NCBI GenBank assembly: GCA_963750165.1
Contig: CAVVPN010000003.1
Coordinates: 416,001-480,000 of the forward strand
DNA length: 64,000 nt
DNA from: an uncultured Gemmataceae bacterium
GTDB taxonomy: Bacteria > Planctomycetota > Planctomycetia > Gemmatales > Gemmataceae
Reading direction: 5' to 3'
Position 1 is the first letter of the stretch. Each line of letters opens with the position of its first letter. Below, piece by piece: positions 59,204 through 64,000 of this stretch. The position numbers and the translations under genes are program-made. The notes beneath the pieces were generated by a model, which saw only the letters and a list, made by a program, of their open reading frames with translations, ran no database searches and had not been told where the DNA came from.

Positions 59204-61789
59204 ATGGCTGGTCGCGCGATTCGCACGTTCACCGTCTTACCGCATCTGCCCGGTCGCCTGCAAGCGCTGCAAAAACTGGCATACAACCTGTGGTGGTGCT
59301 GGAACCAGGAGGCCGTCTCGCTCTTCCGCCGCATTGACGACGACCGCTTCGCCGAGCTGGAGAACAGCCCCGTCAAGCTCCTCGGTTCCATCGCCCAGGA
59401 CCGCCTCGAGCAGTTGCAGCGTGACGACGGCTTCCTGGCGCACATGGACCGCGTCGAGGAGGGCCTGCAGCGCTACATGACGGCGCCGACGTGGTTCCAG
59501 GAGACGTACAGCGACCTGTTCAGCGGCGACACGCCGGTGGAGGACCGCTGCCGCATCGCGTACTTCTCGGCGGAGTTCGGCATCCACGAGAGCATCCCGA
59601 TCTACTCCGGCGGTCTCGGTCTGCTGGCCGGCGACCACCTCAAGGCGGCGTCGGACCTCGGCATCCCGCTGGTCGGTGTCAGTCTGATGTACCGCGAGGG
59701 CTACTTCCGCCAGTACCTCAACGTCGATGGCTGGCAGCAGGAGCGCTACCCCGAGAACGACTTCTTCAATCTGCCGCTCATCCCCGAGACGACGAAGGAC
59801 GGCACACCGTTGCTGATCAGTGTGCCGTTCCCGGGCCGCGACGTGTGGGCGCGGATCTGGCGCATCCAGGTCGGCCGGGTGCCGCTCTACCTGCTCGACA
59901 CCAACATCCAGCAAAACAACGCCGAGGACCGCACCATCACCAGCCGGCTGTACGGCGGCGACGTGGACATGCGCGTCCGCCAGGAAATGATCCTGGGCGT
60001 CGGCGGCATCCGGGCGTTGCGGGCCCTGGGCAAGCCGCCAGTGGTCTGCCACATGAACGAGGGCCATTCCGCCTTCTGCGGCCTGGAGCGTATCCGCCTG
60101 ATGATGGAGGAGCACAAGCTCGACTTCACCACGGCGCGCGAGGCGGTGACGGCGGGCACCTGCTTCACCACGCACACACCGGTGCCGGCCGGCAATGACA
60201 TGTTCGCGCCGCAGCTGGTCGAGAGCTACTTCGGCAACCTGTTCCCGCAGTTCCGCATCAGCCGCGAGGAGTTTCTGGGTCTGGGCCGCGTCAACCCGCG
60301 CGACAACAACGAGCCGTTCTGCATGACGGTGCTGGCCATCCGCCTGTCGAACACCAGCAACGGCGTCAGCAAGCTGCACGGCGCCGTGTCGCGCAAGATG
60401 TGGAAGGAAATCTGGCCGACGCTGCCCGAGGCGGAGGTGCCGATCACGTCGATCACCAACGGCGTCCACACGCGCACCTGGCTGGCGCCGGAAATGGCAC
60501 TGATTTACGAGCGCTACATGGGCGTGCAGTGGGAGGAGAAGCCAACCGATCACAGTGTCTGGAAGCGTGTGGAGAACATCCCCAACGCGGAACTGTGGCG
60601 GACGCACGAGCGGCGGCGCGAGCGGCTGGTGGCGTTCGCGCGCAGCCGGCTCAAGATCCAGCTAAATCGCCGCGGCGCCCCACCGGCGGAGGTCGCCCGC
60701 GCCGAGGAGGCGCTGGACCCGGAGGCGCTGACGCTCGGCTTCGCGCGGCGCTTCGCGACGTACAAGCGCGGCACCCTGCTGTTCCGCAACCTGGACCGGC
60801 TGACGGCGATCCTGAACAACAAGGACCGGCCGGTGCAGATCGTCTTCGCCGGCAAGGCGCACCCGCGCGACCACGGCGGCAAGGAGCTGATCGCCGAGAT
60901 CGTCCACATCGCGCGGCGGCCGGAACTGCGGCGGCGCATCGTCTTCATCGAGGACTACGACATCAACGTGGCCCGCTACCTGGTGCAGGGCGTGGACGTG
61001 TGGGTAAACAATCCGCGGCGGCCGCTGGAGGCGTCGGGCACGAGCGGCATGAAGGTGTGCGTCAACGGCGGCATCAACATGTCGGTGCTGGACGGCTGGT
61101 GGTGCGAGGCCTACGCCGGCGACAACGGCTGGGCCATCGGCGCCGGCGAGGAGTACACCGACCTGACCTACCAGGACGACATCGAGAGCCGGGCCATCTA
61201 TGATCTGCTGGAGCAGGAGATTGTGCCGCTGTTCTACAACCGCGCGACCGACGGGCTGCCGCGTGGCTGGCTCAAGGTGATGAAGCGGGCCATGATGACG
61301 GTGAACCCGGTCTTCAACACTGGCCGCATGGTGCAGGAGTACATGGAGAAGAGTTACGTCCCCGCGGCGGAGCGCTACGACAAGCTGACGGCCGCCAACC
61401 TGAAGCGGGCGGCTCAGCTGGCACAGTGGCGGCGCGGCGTGACACAGGGCTGGCCGCAGGTGCGCGTGGAGAACGTCGAGGCCACCGGGGCGGACCCGAT
61501 GCACGTCGGGGCGCAGTTGCAGGTCAAGGCCCGGGTGAACCTGGGGGCGCTGTCGCCGGACGACGTGCAGGTGCAGTTGTTCCACGGCGTGCTGGACAAT
61601 CTCGGCGACATCCCGCAGCCGAGCACGGTGCCGATGAGCCACAACGGCAAGTACGAGGGCAATGCGTGGGTGTTCAGCGGCACCATCGCCTGCCGGGCGA
61701 GCGGCCAGCACGGCTACGCGGTGCGCGTGCTGCCGAAGAACCCCGACCTGGCCAACCCGTTTGAGACGGGGCTGATCACGTGGGGATAA
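59204..61789 (+). CDS. glgP: alpha-glucan phosphorylase
   Basis: 'YSGGLG.LAGD', 'NEGH', 'FTTHT', 'ARRFATYKR', 'GKAHP', PLP motif EASGTSGMK. Confidence 0.96.
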   Translation: MAGRAIRTFTVLPHLPGRLQALQKLAYNLWWCWNQEAVSLFRRIDDDRFAELENSPVKLLGSIAQDRLEQLQRDDGFLAHMDRVEEGLQRYMTAPTWFQETYSDLFSGDTPVEDRCRIAYFSAEFGIHESIPIYSGGLGLLAGDHLKAASDLGIPLVGVSLMYREGYFRQYLNVDGWQQERYPENDFFNLPLIPETTKDGTPLLISVPFPGRDVWARIWRIQVGRVPLYLLDTNIQQNNAEDRTITSRLYGGDVDMRVRQEMILGVGGIRALRALGKPPVVCHMNEGHSAFCGLERIRLMMEEHKLDFTTAREAVTAGTCFTTHTPVPAGNDMFAPQLVESYFGNLFPQFRISREEFLGLGRVNPRDNNEPFCMTVLAIRLSNTSNGVSKLHGAVSRKMWKEIWPTLPEAEVPITSITNGVHTRTWLAPEMALIYERYMGVQWEEKPTDHSVWKRVENIPNAELWRTHERRRERLVAFARSRLKIQLNRRGAPPAEVARAEEALDPEALTLGFARRFATYKRGTLLFRNLDRLTAILNNKDRPVQIVFAGKAHPRDHGGKELIAEIVHIARRPELRRRIVFIEDYDINVARYLVQGVDVWVNNPRRPLEASGTSGMKVCVNGGINMSVLDGWWCEAYAGDNGWAIGAGEEYTDLTYQDDIESRAIYDLLEQEIVPLFYNRATDGLPRGWLKVMKRAMMTVNPVFNTGRMVQEYMEKSYVPAAERYDKLTAANLKRAAQLAQWRRGVTQGWPQVRVENVEATGADPMHVGAQLQVKARVNLGALSPDDVQVQLFHGVLDNLGDIPQPSTVPMSHNGKYEGNAWVFSGTIACRASGQHGYAVRVLPKNPDLANPFETGLITWG

Positions 61790-61885
61790 AGAGATCGATC
61801 CACAGATGACACAGAGGAACTCAGATAAAAACAAAAAAAGGGTCTTTATCTGAGTTCCTCTGTGCCATCTGTGGATCGATCTCTT
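61789..61885. repeat. CACAGAT-family inverted repeat (~41-bp arms) after glgP
   Basis: aagagatcgatccacagatgacacagaggaactcagataaa ... tttatctgagttcctctgtgccatctgtggatcgatctctt. Confidence 0.9.
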
Positions 61886-61925
61886 GACGTTAGACAGGCC
61901 GTGTCCACCCGCACCGTAATTACGC

Positions 61926-62335
61926 ATGAATAACCCCTGGTATCAGGACGGTCTACATTTCCGCTGCACGCAATGCGGCGACTGCTGCACGGGCGCTGCC
62001 GGCTTCGTCTGGGTGGACGACGCCGAGCTGGCCGCCATCGCCGACTTCCGCGGCGAGGACGTGGCCGAGGTGCGCGGTCGGTACACGCGCTCGGCCCACC
62101 GCGGCGCCACCCTGCGCGAGAAGCTCAACGGCGATTGCGTGTTCTACGACCGCGTCGCCGGCTGCACCATTTACCCGGTGCGACCGCGGCAGTGCCGGAC
62201 CTGGCCGTTCTGGGAGAGCAACGTCCGCACGCCAGAGGCCTGGGAGAAGACCTGCCGCAGCTGCCCGGCGCCGGCACCGGCGACCTGATTCCGGCGGAGG
62301 AGATCACGCGCCGGTTGAATGTGATCCCGTTGTGA
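61926..62335 (+). CDS. YkgJ-family Cys-cluster (CxxCxxCC) protein; frameshift near 62266
   Basis: 'FRCTQCGDCC', 'CVF', 'CTIYPVRPRQCRTWPFW', then 'CPG' after a shift. Confidence 0.85.
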
Positions 62336-62781
62336 GCGAGGGCGGTTTCCCCATGATCGAGTCGCCGGAACTGGCCGCGACCGTGCGGCAGCGCGTCCTG
62401 GAGTTGTACCGCGCAGCGGACGCCGCTGTGGCCGCCGCGGGTCCGGTGTGCGTCGCCAGCGGCCGCTGCTGTCGCTTCAAGGAGTATGGTCACACGCTGT
62501 TCCTGAGCAGCCTGGAAGCGGAAGTGCTCCTGGCGGCCGCGCCGCCGTATGACCGACCGGTGACGGCGGACTTCTGCCCGTTCCAGCGCGACCAGCTGTG
62601 TACCGCCCGGGAGCCGCGGCCGCTGGGCTGCCGTGTCTACTTCTGCGACCCGGCGTATCAGGAAACCGGCCAGCACATCAGCGAGGAATTCGTGCAGCGG
62701 CTCAAGCGGCTGGCCGAGGAACTGGGCGTCGCATGGCGTTACGCGCCGCTGCACCATTTCCTGAACAAGGATGAAGGATGA
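62332..62781 (+). CDS. YkgJ-like Cys-rich protein
   Basis: 'CVASGRCC', 'CPF', 'CTAREPRPLGCRVYFC'. Start at 62332 or 62353. Confidence 0.75.
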   Translation: MSEGGFPMIESPELAATVRQRVLELYRAADAAVAAAGPVCVASGRCCRFKEYGHTLFLSSLEAEVLLAAAPPYDRPVTADFCPFQRDQLCTAREPRPLGCRVYFCDPAYQETGQHISEEFVQRLKRLAEELGVAWRYAPLHHFLNKDEG

Positions 62782-62830
62782 AGGATGAAGGATGAATTGT
62801 CTTCCCTTCATCCTTCATCCTTCATCCTTC
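62768..62830. repeat. GATGAAG heptamer array with an inverted array
   Basis: aggatgaaggatgaaggatgaaggatgaa...cttcatccttcatccttcatccttc. Confidence 0.9.
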
Positions 62831-62848
62831 CAAGAAAGGGAGGTTACC

Positions 62849-64000
62849 ATGCGTTGGTTGCGCACCTTGCTCGTCGGCGGTCTGTTCGCCGGCACTGCGG
62901 CGGCCGCGGACTGGCCGCAGTTCCTCGGCCCCAACCGCAACGGCTCGACCTCGGAAAAGGTCGTCCCGTGGAAGGGCGAGCTGAAAATTCTCTGGCGGCA
63001 GCCGGTCGGCGAGGGCCACAGCTCACCGGTGGTCGCCGACGGCGTCGTCTACCTGCACTACAAGTTGCGCGGCGAGGAAGCCGAGGCGCTGCAGGCGTTC
63101 GACGCCACGACGGGCAAGCCGCGCTGGCAGACGTCGTACCCGCGCTTCACGTACAAGGGCCTGTTCGGCAGCGGCCCGCGGGCAACGCCGAGCGTCGCCG
63201 GCGACCAGATCTTCACGCACGGCATCACCGGCCTGGTGACCTGCTTCGACAAGGGTGGCAAAAAAATCTGGCAGGTCGATACGCAGAAGGACCTGAAGGC
63301 GCCCAAGCTGTTCTTCGGCGCGTCATCGTCACCGCTGGTACACGGCGATCAGGTGGTTGTCCTGGTCGGCGCCGAGGGGGCGAGTCTGGTGGCGTTCCAG
63401 CGCCGCGACGGGAAAATCGCCTGGAAAGCCCTGGACGACAGGGCCAGCTATTCGTCGCCGGTGATCCTCGGCACGAAGGAGCAGCCGCAGCTGGTGGCGC
63501 TGACGCAGAAACGGCTGGTGTCGGTCCACCCCACCGATGGCAAGCTGTACTGGGACTTCGCGCTCAAGGACAAGCTCAGCGAAAGCTCCTCGACGCCGGT
63601 CGTGGTCGGCCGCGGTGTGCTCGTCGCCAGTTCGATCACCTACGGCAGCGTCGGCCTGAAAATGGAGTCGAAAGAGAACAAGCCCGCGGTGGAAAAGCTC
63701 TGGTTCAAGGAGGAATTGAACTGCTACTTCTCGACGCCGGTGGGCGTGGGCACCGATCAGCTCTACGTCGTGACCGGCACCAAGCCACCGGCGCTGGCGA
63801 CCTCGGCGACGCTGCGCTGCGTCGATCCGGCCACCGGCAAGGAATACTGGAATCGGCCGAACGTCGGCAAGTATCACGCCTCGCTGCTGCGCACCGGCAA
63901 CAACAAGCTGCTGATGCTGGAGGAGAAGGGCGACCTGGTGCTGTTGGAGCCGGATGTGAAGGCGTACCGGGAACTGGCGCGGGCCAAGGTCTGTGGCGAC
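62849..64000 (+). CDS. secreted PQQ-binding-like beta-propeller protein, 3'-truncated (absent from the ORF track)
   Basis: GGAGG RBS; MRWLRTLLVGGLFAGTAAAADWPQFLGPNRNG, 'GHSSPVV', 'GPRATP'. Open to the window end. Confidence 0.9.
   Translation, partial: MRWLRTLLVGGLFAGTAAAADWPQFLGPNRNGSTSEKVVPWKGELKILWRQPVGEGHSSPVVADGVVYLHYKLRGEEAEALQAFDATTGKPRWQTSYPRFTYKGLFGSGPRATPSVAGDQIFTHGITGLVTCFDKGGKKIWQVDTQKDLKAPKLFFGASSSPLVHGDQVVVLVGAEGASLVAFQRRDGKIAWKALDDRASYSSPVILGTKEQPQLVALTQKRLVSVHPTDGKLYWDFALKDKLSESSSTPVVVGRGVLVASSITYGSVGLKMESKENKPAVEKLWFKEELNCYFSTPVGVGTDQLYVVTGTKPPALATSATLRCVDPATGKEYWNRPNVGKYHASLLRTGNNKLLMLEEKGDLVLLEPDVKAYRELARAKVCGD

Noticed and set aside
12680..62830. Short tandem arrays as possible CRISPR repeats
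   Set aside because: Units are 7-9 nt with no unique spacers, and there are no cas genes.

Overview
GC-rich (roughly 65-70%) bacterial chromosomal window. The gene content points to a Planctomycete, probably Gemmataceae-like: WD40 and PQQ-propeller proteins, a PVC-type haem-c protein, DUF1571, and extracellular proteins with an LExRRVPA leader. It holds about 45 CDS. Housekeeping genes are lysS, lolC/E-lolD, ilvE, USP, a Pat-type acetyltransferase, a sigma-70 factor, an Lhr helicase, uxaC-purN, argB-argD-argF, thpR and glgP. Accessory genes include several secreted hydrolases, a DUF433/PIN toxin-antitoxin pair and three tandem SdrD-like surface-protein paralogues. No rRNA, tRNA, CRISPR array or transposase was recognised. 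About 13 genes carry short frameshifts, most likely long-read indel errors. The top finding is at 53585-54834, where two apparent ORFs form one membrane-anchored thioredoxin-like protein that resembles the redox domain of eukaryotic selenoprotein N. It has an in-frame TGA at the Sec-equivalent position and a SECIS-like hairpin 11 nt downstream. Other highlights: a carbonic anhydrase-bestrophin gene pair; a perfect 30-bp palindromic repeat inserted in-frame in Lhr; a shared TTGACA-N16-TACGnT promoter in the surface-protein array, which reveals a decayed fourth paralogue; many REPIN-like and microsatellite-hairpin intergenic repeats; and a candidate structured ncRNA near 48.4 kb. All family assignments come from motif recognition by eye; no database searches were run.
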